From: Neoconidiobolus thromboides FSU 785
Taxonomy: Eukaryota; Fungi; Entomophthoromycota
Assembly: GCA_025603075.1 (NCBI GenBank)
Contig: MU626306.1
Span: forward strand, 1-64,000
DNA length: 64,000 bases
Direction of reading: 5' to 3'
In this document: piece after piece, positions 13,691 to 26,149 of the stretch
How positions within the stretch are numbered: position 1 is the first letter of the stretch
Layout of the letters: every line of letters begins with the position of its first letter
The notes under the pieces: model-generated
What the model was told of the DNA's origin: nothing
The model's input: the letters and a program-made list of their open reading frames with translations, nothing else
Databases searched by the model: none
Made by a program: the position numbers and the translations under genes

Positions 13691-13791
13691 GAGGATATAT
13701 TTTTTTTATTTAAGGATTTTATTAACAATTATTCTACTTAAATAACGCTTAAAAAACCGAAAAAGTGATGAAGCCAAAAAAACACTCCCAG
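13691..13791 (+). mobile_element. MITE copy 9
   Basis: Consensus match; ATAT/ATAT flanks. Confidence 0.82.
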
Positions 13792-14348
13792 ATATAAACG
13801 CATGGATTTACAGATTTTAATAATCAAAAATATTCCATTTAAATATTGTATAGTTGAATTACTATATGACATTTTTATAATTTCTGATAAAAAATAAGAT
13901 TCCTTGGATTATCTATTGTTATTGTCATTAATCCCTACCTACATATCGTTTTCTTTCAAATGACCACACAATAAAATCAAACTGACGTTTTAGATTTAAT
14001 ATTTGATGACAGTCCAATAGATTATATTGCACAAATATTAAATACTAAGTATTTAAAGTGCTTAAAGCTAATTTTTCTTTATTAGATCTAGTATTAAGTA
14101 AAAGTTTGAATTTGTTAAATATATATAATGAAAGTCATCAAATTGCTCCTTATAGCTATATTCATAGGCGTTTATCTGGACTATCTACTTATACCTTTAA
14201 ATAACAAATGAGCACTCAAAGTTTAGTCTTTTACCTTTTGGAGCAAATTTTTTAAGCATTGTATATGGGAAGTCTGGAATTAGAAGAAAATCAGGCTACT
14301 ATTGATATTTTAAATATTTAGGTTATATCCAAGTTGGTATTAGTATAT

Positions 14349-14445
14349 GGGGGTGTTTTTTTGGTTTCATTATTTTTTCCATCTTTTAAGCGTTATTTGA
14401 GTGGAGGAATTCCTAGTAAAATTCTCAAACAATAAATACATCCCC
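14349..14445 (-). mobile_element. MITE copy 10
   Basis: GGGGGTGT...ACATCCCC; ATAT/ATAT TSD. Confidence 0.9.
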
Positions 14446-16184
14446 ATATATACTAATAATTGAAAAGTAAAGAATCCCAATCTGGATTTAACTTATAAAA
14501 TTTATGTTGACAGAGTTGAAAAAGCAGGCCTTAAAACTCATCTTTTATTACAAAGCAATATAACCTCATTAAAAAAGACACAAAGATTAGCAAAGGTATT
14601 AATTTGATAAAATCAAAAGACTTTGCCTTTGTAGCTTCAGAAAAATGTTTTAGAAGGGCCCCAGTTATGTTAATATTCCTGCTTAACAAAACGTTGCTAA
14701 TAAAAAAAAGAAGAAAATACTAAAAACCAGGAACTTTAGTACTTTTTGCGGTAAGTAGAAGCATTTCTGTTGAAATGGTTAGCGGAAAAACCATCCCACA
14801 GACATAAAATTCTGCTAATAAAGAAAGAAATACAGTAATTACTATAAGAACTTAGTCCCCTATTAGAAGAAAAGAAGATAAAATATTCAATTTAAAAGCT
14901 CAAGCCCTTATTAAGTAAGAGAAAAAATCAGTTACTTTAGAAAACGGAAATAATTTTGGTGTAGAATCAAGTTTTTCAGTAACCAACTTTGAAAATACTA
15001 CTGGACTAAAATGGTAATAAGGGCTCTCAGCTCATAAGAGGTGATATAAGAGTTTATCGCCCAGCCCATACTTCAGAAAGTTCGACCAAGAGTTGCCTGA
15101 AATAACAAAGAAATCTCTAATTATAACAGATTGTGCACTCTGAGTTCTCCAAGATGGGAAATTTGTAGGATCTTGATCTGAAGACAAAATTGAAACAGCT
15201 CTTTATATTTCAATTTATTATAACCAAGTTAAATAAACGATTATTTGTAGTTGGATTAGCAATATAATGAAAGATTTTAGTTAAACTAAATATTGATGTT
15301 AAGTCTTGTGTTACGATTTCAACATAATTCAATGCTAAACCTTGAGCTATTGCTTCAAAGTTTATAGTGATATATATATAACTTTAAATATGATAGTACT
15401 CCAGCCTAGTACTTTCGGATTTGTTTTTAGTAACCATCTACCAAAAGAATCGAAATCATAAATCTAATATTCTTTAAGCCGATAGCTTTTTCTAGCCCTT
15501 TGAGTATTGGACACCTTGAGAATTCTATTTGATTAGATCAGCTTTTTTTATGAAACTCAATCCTCAAAGGGTCAATAAGATATACTGAAAACAAGATTCA
15601 GGTTAAAAAGCTCAATTTCCCTTCTTTTTAAGCAACCAATTTGTAAGTTTCCAAGGCTAATTTAAAAATCAAATTCAACCCACATTCGAAATGCAACTAA
15701 AAATTCGACACTCCTTAAGGTTGGCACAATTTTTAATCAAATTTTAGACAAAAAGGCCAAAGTTTGATTAATTTAATTGATATATTAAATCCCTTTAGTT
15801 CTAGATTTAACCTGTTTATCACCATTAAGTGATGGTATTAATAATTAAGTTTAATAAATTGAAAATCTAACTTTAGTTTATCTGTTCGTATTGATTGATA
15901 TTGTATATTTTATTAAAAATTGATCTTTATTGTAATAATTTAATTCACAAACCTCTGTAAAGTATATTCTATTTTAAATAAAGTGGTTTTTGTTAGCGCA
16001 TAATTAAAAGAATAAGGAAAATACTCTTTATAATGATAAGAGAAACAAAAAATAAGAAACAAAAAATAAAAAATAACATTGTCGCATAATAACAAAAACA
16101 TTTAATAAGTGAATAGAGAAGAGGGATTACATTCAATGTAAAACAAAAAAGGGATTAATGAAATAAAACGGTATAAATTCGCTA

Positions 16185-16436
16185 TTAATTTGAGAAGCTT
16201 TTGAATCTGGATAATACTGTCTTATTTTTTGTTCCCTTCTTGTTGATGCCTTGATCATCTTTAGCATAAACTTTGTTTTTATTTAAATTCAAATAAGTCC
16301 CGTCTTTATAATTTTTTTCATAATATTGTGAACTACGAGAATTAAAATCTGATGCTCCAGTCCTCCTTTTAGTGTATTTACCTACATCGCTGTTTAAATA
16401 CATGTACTTGTCTTTTACCCATTCTACTAAACCCAT
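16185..16436 (-). CDS. Small basic protein (83 aa), probably a real fungal microprotein
   Basis: Clean ORF with coding-like GC in AT-rich DNA; AAAAAATG start context; TATATAAA about 90 nt upstream; KYTKRR...YY...YKDGTY pattern. Confidence 0.6.
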   Translation of the reverse strand: MGLVEWVKDKYMYLNSDVGKYTKRRTGASDFNSRSSQYYEKNYKDGTYLNLNKNKVYAKDDQGINKKGTKNKTVLSRFKSFSN

Positions 16437-18168
16437 TTTTTTTACTATTATTTTTTAAGGCTACTTTTGGTTGTTAAATGAAAATATTTAGCTAAAGTTA
16501 GTTCTCCTTAATTTTTCTCCTTCCTTTATATACTTTTTCTTTGATCGATTTTATAAGCAAACCATAAAAATAAAAACCGTATGTAATTGGCTTATTTTTC
16601 AAGCTGGATTGTTGAAATACCAGCTAAAATTAGCAATTCTAGCTGAATAGAATAACATTCTTTTTGATTAGCTATCAAAAATATTTTTATTGCTTTATTG
16701 GCTATTCATCCCCTGTTGGTGCTTCTTTTGGAGTACTTTTATTCCAGGATTTTATTGACCTTAGTTCTTGGATTGCTCAATTATTCTCTAATTAAGTAAG
16801 CTTCTTTTTATTTTTATCATAGATAACATTAATAAGTTATTAATAGTTTTATAAGATTTTGAATAAACTATTTAAAAATAATACTCGTTAAATTTTCTCT
16901 ACTACCGCTTTCTCTTTCACAGATTCTATTTTGTAAGGACTATATAAAATTTTACAGTGAATTTGTTGATTATAAATTTATTTTTAATTCTTATTAAGCA
17001 AAAAAATATAATTATGAACATCCAATAGTCAAGCATTTTGTAATATATTGCTTTTTGTACCGCAAAATAAAAAACTCAAGTGCTTTGCCTAATAAATAAA
17101 TTCCTTGTTTGAAATCAACATTGTGAAAATATATAAATATTTTTAGTAAATATTAATTTATATATGGGTACTTAGGTAGTGTCATAATAAAAGATCGAAT
17201 TGAACTATAATACTATATCTATATTTATATTTATTCGTTTCCTTTTATTAAATAACTTCAAGCCTAATAGAAATAATTAGTTTTACATTAGAAATAAAAT
17301 TTAGAAATTAGTGTGTTGACTATTCTATTATTAAGTAAAAAATATTAATCCTTATAATCACATTTATTTTAAAATTCTATAGAAATAGTATACTATTTTA
17401 AATTCATTGTATACAATATATCATTCTGTGTAATTTTTTTAAATAGTTTGCAATTGCAAAGCGGTAATAATTATTAAAGGACTTTTTAACGTGACTATTC
17501 TTTTAAGTTTTGTAATACAAAATATAATTTTTATTATTTTGGCTTAGGAAATATATCAAATGCCATTACTGTTTACTTCAAGAAATGTAGTCTCCTATTT
17601 CTGACTGCATTATTACACTATAGCAATTCCTTTCGTTAGAGCATTCGAAAACAAACCCTACAACTTGCTCTTTAACCACATACGCTGTATTATTTGTACA
17701 CTTTATATATTTTTATGTGTAAGTTCAACAGACCTTTATTCAAATATAACATTTATTTACTTTATATATTAAATGTTTATCCTAAAAGGCAAGCCTACGT
17801 GTAGAGACTGTATCAGTTAATTAATAGAAGCAATTGTCCTCTACTAAAATTCACCTTTGAGCACATGGGTCCATATGTAGTCCGTGCCTCATGTTAAAAT
17901 ATCTTAGCTTAACAATATATAAAAAGGAGAACGATATGACGTCACATATTTAGTCTTGAATTTAAAAGATAATAATTCGATTCAATTCATTTTATAAATT
18001 AACATCTTTGTTTTTATAAATAACTTGAGATAACAATTACAAGTGATCTAATAAAAATAATAAATGATCTCATCAATCAGAGGAATGAAAAATATTAAAA
18101 ACCAAGGTTATTAAAGCACATAATAGGATAAAAATTCAAAATATTTTTTTTACTTTTTGTCTTGAATA

Positions 18169-20789
18169 ATGATATTTTATTTCTATTTATTAGTCCATCT
18201 TTATTTATCAATTATAACTTGCTGTGGTGTTACAACACATATATTAGTAGGCGAAATAGCAAGAAGGGAGCTTGGTGATTACGTCAGAACTATAATTAAA
18301 AATAACCTTAATGCTTTTCAAGCTGGTTCTTTTTTTCCAGATTGGGGTTATATTTGCAATGGTTTTAGAGAAGAAGGAGAATCAGGTATGGATTTAATGT
18401 AAATAAAGTGGAAACTAATAACTATTTAGCACATTGGCCGCCCTTTTATTTTAACAGTATTGAACATATAAGACTAAACTATCCTAATGATGTCATGAAG
18501 TTTCAAAATAAACAAAAAACAAGCAAAGGATTTGAAGTCATATTTTCATTTTTAATGGGAGCTATTAACCATGGAGTTGATGATGTATTATGGCATGGTC
18601 TAGACAATCAAAGCAATAGTATGATTAATTCATTAGCGGAAATGAACTGGAAAGGCGATTCTTATAAAGCGCATAAGATTGCAGATTTAGGAGGCGATAT
18701 TGTTGCAGCTCATGCATTAAATTTGTATTTTTTAAAGGTAAGAAATTAAAGTGATTAAAATATAATTAAATATCTAAACCTTTAAGTCATCCTGGAATAT
18801 TCCATCAAAAGATATCATTCAAATTTATAAACGAATGGGCTATAATCGAGTTAACTGGTTCAATTTAAATCGTTGTTTAAGTATTGGATTAGCTGCAGGG
18901 CAAGCAACGAAGTATAGTGGAAGGAGATTATTAGGTAGGTTTGATACAAATAAGGTAATTTAAACCAATTCAATATTACTTAGCAATAATTTGTGTTATT
19001 AGTCTCCTTTTTTACTTAATAACTATTTTACACACTATCATGGGGGTAAGTACAAATTTAACTATTATGATTATAAATATTGAGAATATTTTTTATCATT
19101 TAATAGGCATATTAAATATGGCAAATCGAGTTGTTCATTGTTGGAATGACACTATTGGTCTATTAAATAATAATATTAGCCCATCTTCATTTTGTAGTCA
19201 AGTATTTAATCAAAATAATGCATTAAATAATAACAAACACAATAGTCGTCAAATTAAATTTAACAATAAGAGTAATAATAAGTTGAAAGGTATAGTAAAC
19301 ATTAATCATAGACATTATGATGTTATCCAATACAACAGTGATAATAGCGGTGAAGCAATACATAATAATACAACTAATAATAATGAAATGTTATATAACA
19401 GTAATCAGAAAATACAATGTAAGGTTAATAAGAAATACCAGCAAATAATATGGAATGACTTGAATTATAATGGGTTTGGGAAAAGTGTACAAGTTATAAA
19501 CAAAAAGAATAAGAAATATTTAATAGTAAGTAGCCCATATAACTATAATAATTTCAACAGTAGTGGAATGATTACTATTTATGATGTTAATTCAAATTTC
19601 AAAGTATTATTTAAAATTAATTCAGCTCATTTTGATACCAATTTTGCAAGTAATATGTTGGTTTTAGATTTTAATAACGATTCTATATTAGATTTAATCA
19701 TTGCTTCCCCTAAATTAAATCAATTACTAATTTATTATGGTAATAACAATAACAATACAATATTAGATAGCAAGCCAATTTTATGGAATGTTAATTTTGA
19801 TCTGAACTATCAAATTGGGGATGAATTAATTAAAGTAGTCATTAAAAATTCAAACCAGCAAACCCAAGAAAAAATGATGATAGCAAGCTTAATAAACAAG
19901 CAAAATAACAATGAAGTTATATTATATGGTAAAAATATAATTAACAATAAAGAATGGCACCTAAAGAGTAGCTATTTTGAACATTATATAAATAGCAAAA
20001 TAAATATCGAATACCTGTATTTAAAGGATCAACATTATTTTGTTTTATCTTATTCTAATGCCGAGTTTAAAGGAGCTTTGTTTTTAGTTCAACTAGACTC
20101 GGATTTCATCCCTATTAGTGATACACTCATTCCTTTAACTTTTGGTAGTGAAATGTTTGCTTCTTTTGGTTACGATTTTGTTATTTGGGAAACTAATTTT
20201 GATTCATTTACTTTAATTGTTTCTTCTACTACCAAGGTAATGCATTGATATATAGTATCAAATGAAAAAAGTACTAATATTTTATTTAAAGAGCAATGGT
20301 AAAGAGAATTCTATCCAAAGTGGAGAAATTGAAGCAATTAAATATTCAATAAATTCAAACAATCAAGTTGAACTACAATTTCAAAAAAGAATATTAAAAT
20401 TAAAAGAAAATTATAACAACCTTGGGAATCAACTAATCAAATTAGATGAGAATACACTTTTGATTTCAAATCCAAATTCATTAGGTGAAAAAGGCTCATT
20501 AATTGTATTAAATTTATCTACTTCTCTTAATTTATTCAATGTTAATTGTATTACTACCGATTTTGAATTGGGTCAGTTTTCAAGTAATGTGTTGCTTGTC
20601 AATCAATCTTTATATGTTGTAGCTTCTAATGCTTATAAAATTGCCAAAAAGGAGGATGTTGGGGATTATGAGTAAGATTTATTTTGTTTAATAATAACCG
20701 TCTTAATAATATTTTATAGTAATACACTTCCATCTGGTGCTGTCTTTTATTGGAAAAATTGGAAAGATTTATTGTGATGATTAAATAAA
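18169..20789 (+). CDS. GPLD1: Phosphatidylinositol-glycan-specific phospholipase D-like (GPI-PLD): Zn-dependent catalytic domain plus FG-GAP-like repeats, multi-exon
   Basis: Signal peptide, then CGVTTH, AGSFFPDWGY, HWPPF, DVLWH, H..AD.GGD and SPFLLNNYF..Y.GG; the C-terminal half has FG-GAP-like segments (FGKSV, DFNNDSILDLIIASP). GT-AG introns. Confidence 0.85.
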
Positions 20790-23070
20790 CTTTGTTTATA
20801 TGTTTAAATAATTGTATTGCCCTTTTATTTGAATATTTTTAATATGATTTTTCATGCTATCTTTAATTCCACTTTTAATTTTATAATTTTATATTTGGCT
20901 AATTATTATTTCTATAAAATAATTAGCCAATTTTTAAACCAGCGCACTCTCTTTAATTAAATATTTTACTAGATTAGTGAATCTTCAAAGTTAATATAGC
21001 CTATTTCGATTAACTTTAAATGTATAAAAGAATATTTAAAAGAGATAGCCAAAGGGTATAATGAATAGTAAATTTAGAGAAAGTACTAAAACAAAAGCAG
21101 GATAAGGCTTTTATTGAACAAAATATATAACTAGATCTAAAATCTAAAGAGATAGATGATTTTTATAAAAAATAAAAATAAAATGAAAATTATCAGTAAT
21201 GTAAACTATGGGATTTTATTGAAGAAGTTTATAGCTCGGGTTGTAGAGACTTTATTCAACTTGTAAATATAATAATTGACAGGTGAAAGGATCAAGCTGC
21301 ATACAGCAGATATTAAACTATGTTTTAGATAGGACAACTTTTTCCTATAATGAGTGATCATTTATTCTCAAAGGAGAGTAAAATTCAATACAAAAATAGC
21401 TAGTGCCTTACAAAAAAGTGTGAATTTTGCATAAAGTTGGTCGGCTATTAACACAACATCGAGCAAGTGTTTGTGTGTAAAATAAAAAAGTGGAGTGCAA
21501 ATTTATGCATGAATAAAATTAGGTGAATTTTTTTTAAAAAGTTGTATTAATTTTTAACTAACTTTTAATTTTAATATTGATTCAATATTAAATACTTTTT
21601 TAAAGACATCTTTAATTATAAAATATTAATATTTTTAAATCTCTTTTGATAAGTTTCATAAAATAGTGAAAAGGTCCCTTAACAATTTTGTTATTTTAAA
21701 ATCAAGTTTATACAAAAAGTTTATAATGGTTCCTTTAGACTAAACACACTAGTTTAAACTTTGCAGCTTAAAGTTTAATAAAATAAGTTTGCATTAAGTT
21801 AGCCAATAGCCTAGGTTAAAAATTGAGTTCAAATAAATAGTGTCTTTAGGGATAATTTACAACTAGTCTTTTTTGATCAAAAATGAGGGGTATTTTTATA
21901 TTAAAAAAGGTACTCCTATTTGAAACTAGACTTTCAGGGAAATAATCACTGTTTTGAAAATGGTAATAATCTAAAAAATAATAATATTTAATTAAAACAT
22001 CTATTTAAACTATATCTTTATTCTGAACAATAAGATGATAAATCGTAATATTTATTAATTTGTCTTATTTTCTCCATCCTTTTTTTTGAAAAAAACAATT
22101 TACCACCCAATTTACTTGATTGCGTTAAATTATCTATGGTGTTTGATGGAGAAATTAATTCTATGAAATTTCTCATCTTATTCATCTATTATTTGAAAAT
22201 TGAGTGAGAATTATTTGGCTGGTAAAATTCGCAATAGATCTATGGGCATAAAATTAAAAATTAATTCAGATCAAATTTATCTTATAATACAATTTGGCCC
22301 GAATACTATAAGAAATAAATTCAACTTTAGATGTCATTTTAATAAAATGAAATACTAATAAATCCAACATAATATTACGTACGTAAATTTATTATTACGT
22401 TTGTTATTTAATATCATTGATGTCTATTTAGTTAGAAGTTTTATTATGACGATTAATAATAAGGTAAACATAAATTACAATAATTAAAATAGGAAAAGAA
22501 GAATATGGGAGTTTAATTAAAAGCTATGCTAAAAATAAAATAGTAAACAATAATGAGATAATCATTAAAATGAATAAGCCACATAAAAATAAAAGTAAAT
22601 AGTAAATAATTTAAGAAGAGATAGAATATACCCCATGAATCTAACTGTTATTAAAGATTAGATATTGTTAACAGAAATTTTCTAATTATAGTTAAATTCC
22701 CTTTACTTTATTGTTTTTTCAATATTCCATGTTTAATAACACATGTTTTTGATGCATTCAATTTTTTACAGTTGGATTTCTTATGCTTTGTACCAATCAA
22801 GTTAGTTTCCTAAATTAAGTAATCGGTATTGTTTATAAAAGATTGTAGCCATGTGATTTAATCAAATAATATCTAATAAACTATTTACTGTTTAAACCAA
22901 CGTAATAGAGTATATAAGACAAACCAAAAACTTCAGTTACCAATCACCAACTTACTTTAGACTTTATTTTATACTTTTTACTAATAGACCTTTTTTGTAT
23001 TTATTTATTTCGTCTTATATCCTGGTTAGATTCCTTTATTAAAATATTAAAATATTAAAATATCAACAAA

Positions 23071-24309
23071 ATGAATTACTATCCTTATATCCCTTTCTCC
23101 GCTAACCCTTTCACTAATAACTTCCAATCTCAGTTGCAGTTACAACAATCTAATTTCCCTTTATCTCAGGCAATGTTAGATCAAATGCAACAAAATGAAG
23201 AAGTAGGGAAACCATGGAGTGAATGGGATGATCAAAGATTAAAAGCCGCTGCTGAAAAATATAACAATAAAGGTTGGCGCAAAATATGCTTAAGTGCTTT
23301 TCCAGATGGTTCAAGGACCAAAGAGGAATGCCTTAAACGCTGGCGCCAATTGACAAAATCAGTTTCTGTTAAAGGACTTTGGACAGCTGAAGAAGATTCT
23401 AAACTAATTTCTTTAGTTAAAGAAATGGGTGCTGAAAAATGGGTAGCTATTGCTAACCGCTTAGAAACAAGAACTGGTAAACAATGCAGAGAAAGATGGC
23501 ATAATCATTTAGATCCTAGAATCAATAAAGCACCTTTTACAGCTGAAGAAGAGCAATTAATTTTTAAGTTACACGCTAAAATTGGAAGCAAATGGGCTGA
23601 AATGTCAAAACATCTTCCAGGCAGGTCCGATAACTCCATTAAGAATTTTTTCAATACAGCTATGCAACGTAAACGTAAAGTGCAACAAGCTAATAGTGGT
23701 AAAATTGAAATGAAACGTCATAAGGAAGCACCATTCAACTGGTCCCCTCAAGATGCCAAATCATTTTTATCCCAATACTCTACACCTAATCTAAGCTCTG
23801 ATTTACATGCTTCATTCAGTCAATTAAATATGAGAGTAATGACTCCACCAGATACTCCTCAACCTGGAATTGGTTTAAATCAAGGCTTTGATCTTTACAA
23901 TCCATGGGCTAATTTCCAACCAAAATCTGCTTTTTTAGCCCCCACCCTCCATCATAATAAATTAGGCATGTTAAATTTAACACCAATTACTAACTCATCA
24001 CCAGCGTTACCACAAGGTACATTTGAAAGAGCAGTATTCGATCAAACTAGAGGAATAGCATCAAACCCAGTCACGCCTAATAACTTTAACAACGGATTTT
24101 TCAATCCTAATGTGTTTCACCAAAACCATCACAATAATTTACACGAAACTGAAATAAAGCAAGAAAATGATAAAGCAAACGATAATTTAGAAGAAAACAA
24201 TAACATGACTTCAGCACCACCCAGTGGTTACCATCTTGGATTAATCGGTGTTGATTATAATGGATTAACTGATAATGAGGTCCAAGATTATCTGTTTATG
24301 GGGCATTAA
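23071..24309 (+). CDS. Three-repeat MYB (R1R2R3, c-Myb-like) transcription factor, 412 aa
   Basis: Three tandem W-spaced repeats, including RTGKQCRERWHNHLDP and LPGRSDNSIKN; low-complexity C-terminus; intronless. Confidence 0.9.
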   Translation: MNYYPYIPFSANPFTNNFQSQLQLQQSNFPLSQAMLDQMQQNEEVGKPWSEWDDQRLKAAAEKYNNKGWRKICLSAFPDGSRTKEECLKRWRQLTKSVSVKGLWTAEEDSKLISLVKEMGAEKWVAIANRLETRTGKQCRERWHNHLDPRINKAPFTAEEEQLIFKLHAKIGSKWAEMSKHLPGRSDNSIKNFFNTAMQRKRKVQQANSGKIEMKRHKEAPFNWSPQDAKSFLSQYSTPNLSSDLHASFSQLNMRVMTPPDTPQPGIGLNQGFDLYNPWANFQPKSAFLAPTLHHNKLGMLNLTPITNSSPALPQGTFERAVFDQTRGIASNPVTPNNFNNGFFNPNVFHQNHHNNLHETEIKQENDKANDNLEENNNMTSAPPSGYHLGLIGVDYNGLTDNEVQDYLFMGH

Positions 24310-24679
24310 ATTGATTTTTGATTTGCTTCGTTTTGAGTTGAAATTTCGTTCTATTTTGCATCTTGTTGTACTGTTATCCCTTTTCTCATTTTATCTGTTT
24401 AAATAAATGGTTTTAAATTTTATCATTATCCTACCATTATTATTATAAAATTGTTAGAATTAAAGTACTACAACTACACCAAACTCAAGTTTAAAATCCC
24501 CATATTAATATAGAATGGAGAAATAATAGTATTAAAATGAATTAACTTAAAAAGTAACTTTGTCTCATTATTATTATTTTAACTGTACTCCTAAATAAAG
24601 TTAGTGTTGCATTATATTGTTGATGAAAATTAAAAAATACAGACAAGTATGATAAAAGTAGAAAACTTAATTTATAAAC

Positions 24680-25040
24680 AATTTTTAATTTAAGTGCTAT
24701 TAATAAGTTTTTTTACAAAGTTCAAGAGCTTTAGCAACATTAACAATACCATAACCATATTCATTATTAGGTAAGGTTTTTTCTTTTGTCATTTGAAATG
24801 CTATCATACGACTCAATTTTTAGAATTTTCTGTCACATTTTTAGTCATTGTTTTCTCAGTTCCTGAAACCGAAATTTTTATGCTAAAATTTCAAGTATTG
24901 CTATGTCTTAATTTATTTAATGCAATCAATCACATGATGGATTTCATTCAGCTTTTTTTATTATTTCCTCTAGCTAAAATAATAAAAGCGAATATCATTA
25001 ACAATCTCTATTTTGCTAAAAATTTGAATACTATCTGAAT
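24680..25040 (-). pseudogene. Deleted remnant of a paralogous subtilase locus (last ~27 codons fused to upstream promoter sequence)
   Basis: 24704-24783 is identical to 26864-26943 (subtilase 3' end). From ~24795 it matches 28990 onward (subtilase upstream region), first at high and then at declining identity. Confidence 0.85.
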
Positions 25041-25264
25041 AAATTCTAGTACTTATTATTTATTTCAAACTATAAGTTGTGAACAGGTTTATTATGAATC
25101 TGTTGAATAACCATACATATAATAAAAATAAATTCTTTATTAAAAAGCAGAAGTACCTGATAGTTAAATTATTTTGCTATAATACATGTATAAGTTGGCA
25201 GAATTTTTACTACTTTAGTAAGATTCTCAGATTAGCAAGACTTTTACCAATATAACATATATAT

Positions 25265-25361
25265 GGGGATGTATTTTTGTATTTAAGGATTTTACTAACA
25301 ATTTTTCCGCTTAAATAGCGCTCAAAAAATGGAAAAAATAATGAAGTCAAAAAACATTCCC
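25265..25361 (+). mobile_element. MITE copy 11
   Basis: Consensus match; ATAT/ATAT TSD. Confidence 0.92.
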
Positions 25362-25387
25362 ATATTGTTATTGATCAACATTATAGT

Positions 25388-25528
25388 ATGTAAATAAATA
25401 CATATTCCTATAAAACTTTATTGAGAAATGTTTATCATCAACTGCTTTATAGCCAACATTACGGATTTACTATGAAATAAACAAATGTTTCTCAATAAAG
25501 TTTTATAGGAATATGTATTTATTTACAT
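25388..25528. repeat. 141-bp foldback with 41-bp perfect inverted arms (second MITE-like family or hairpin)
   Basis: ATGTAAATAAATACATATTCCTATAAAACTTTATTGAGAAA (25388-25428) is the exact reverse complement of 25488-25528. No clear TSD. Confidence 0.85.
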
Positions 25529-26054
25529 TATTAATATACTAATAAGATGATAGATAACTGGATGGGAGGGAGTGGTTAGCCCCAAAGCTATAGTTACCTA
25601 CTCCTTATAGTACAAGCAATATAATAATAGTTTTTACTTATAATAACTACTTGCTCTTTGATTATTTATTAACTTAACTAATAATAACTTAACTAATATT
25701 AATTTTTATTGTTTAATAAGCTATTCACTTGTTCAGTAAATGCTAAAACTTTTAAATTTCCTATTATTTTTATAAGATAAGCCAAAATTAAAGTTTAATT
25801 TTTTTAATTTTTTTAAACTTTACGACTTTAATTGGAATTGTGTTAGGTTTTTTTAATCTATCAGATATTGGATAACAATGTAGTTTATTATTATAGTTAA
25901 TGAAATGTAAATACTTTTTAATACTTTTTAATACTTTGTATTTTTATCACTATTTTTATATTCTTTAAAAATCATATCCATTTTATTACTATTAACAGTT
26001 AAGTTATTGATTTTCTTATGTTTATAAATATTAAGCTAATTGAACTGTTTTTTA

Positions 26055-26149
26055 CGTGTGTTTTTTTAATTTCATTACTTTTTCTATCTTTTAAGCACTA
26101 TTTGAGTGGAAAGATTGTTAGTAAAATTCAAACAAAAAAATACATCCCC
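26055..26149 (-). mobile_element. MITE copy 12
   Basis: Consensus match; one terminus is degenerate. Confidence 0.8.

Noticed and set aside
24793-25038. 81-aa ORF
   Set aside because: Starts at TTG and lies in the duplicated subtilase promoter; the homologous region at 28990 onward is not open.
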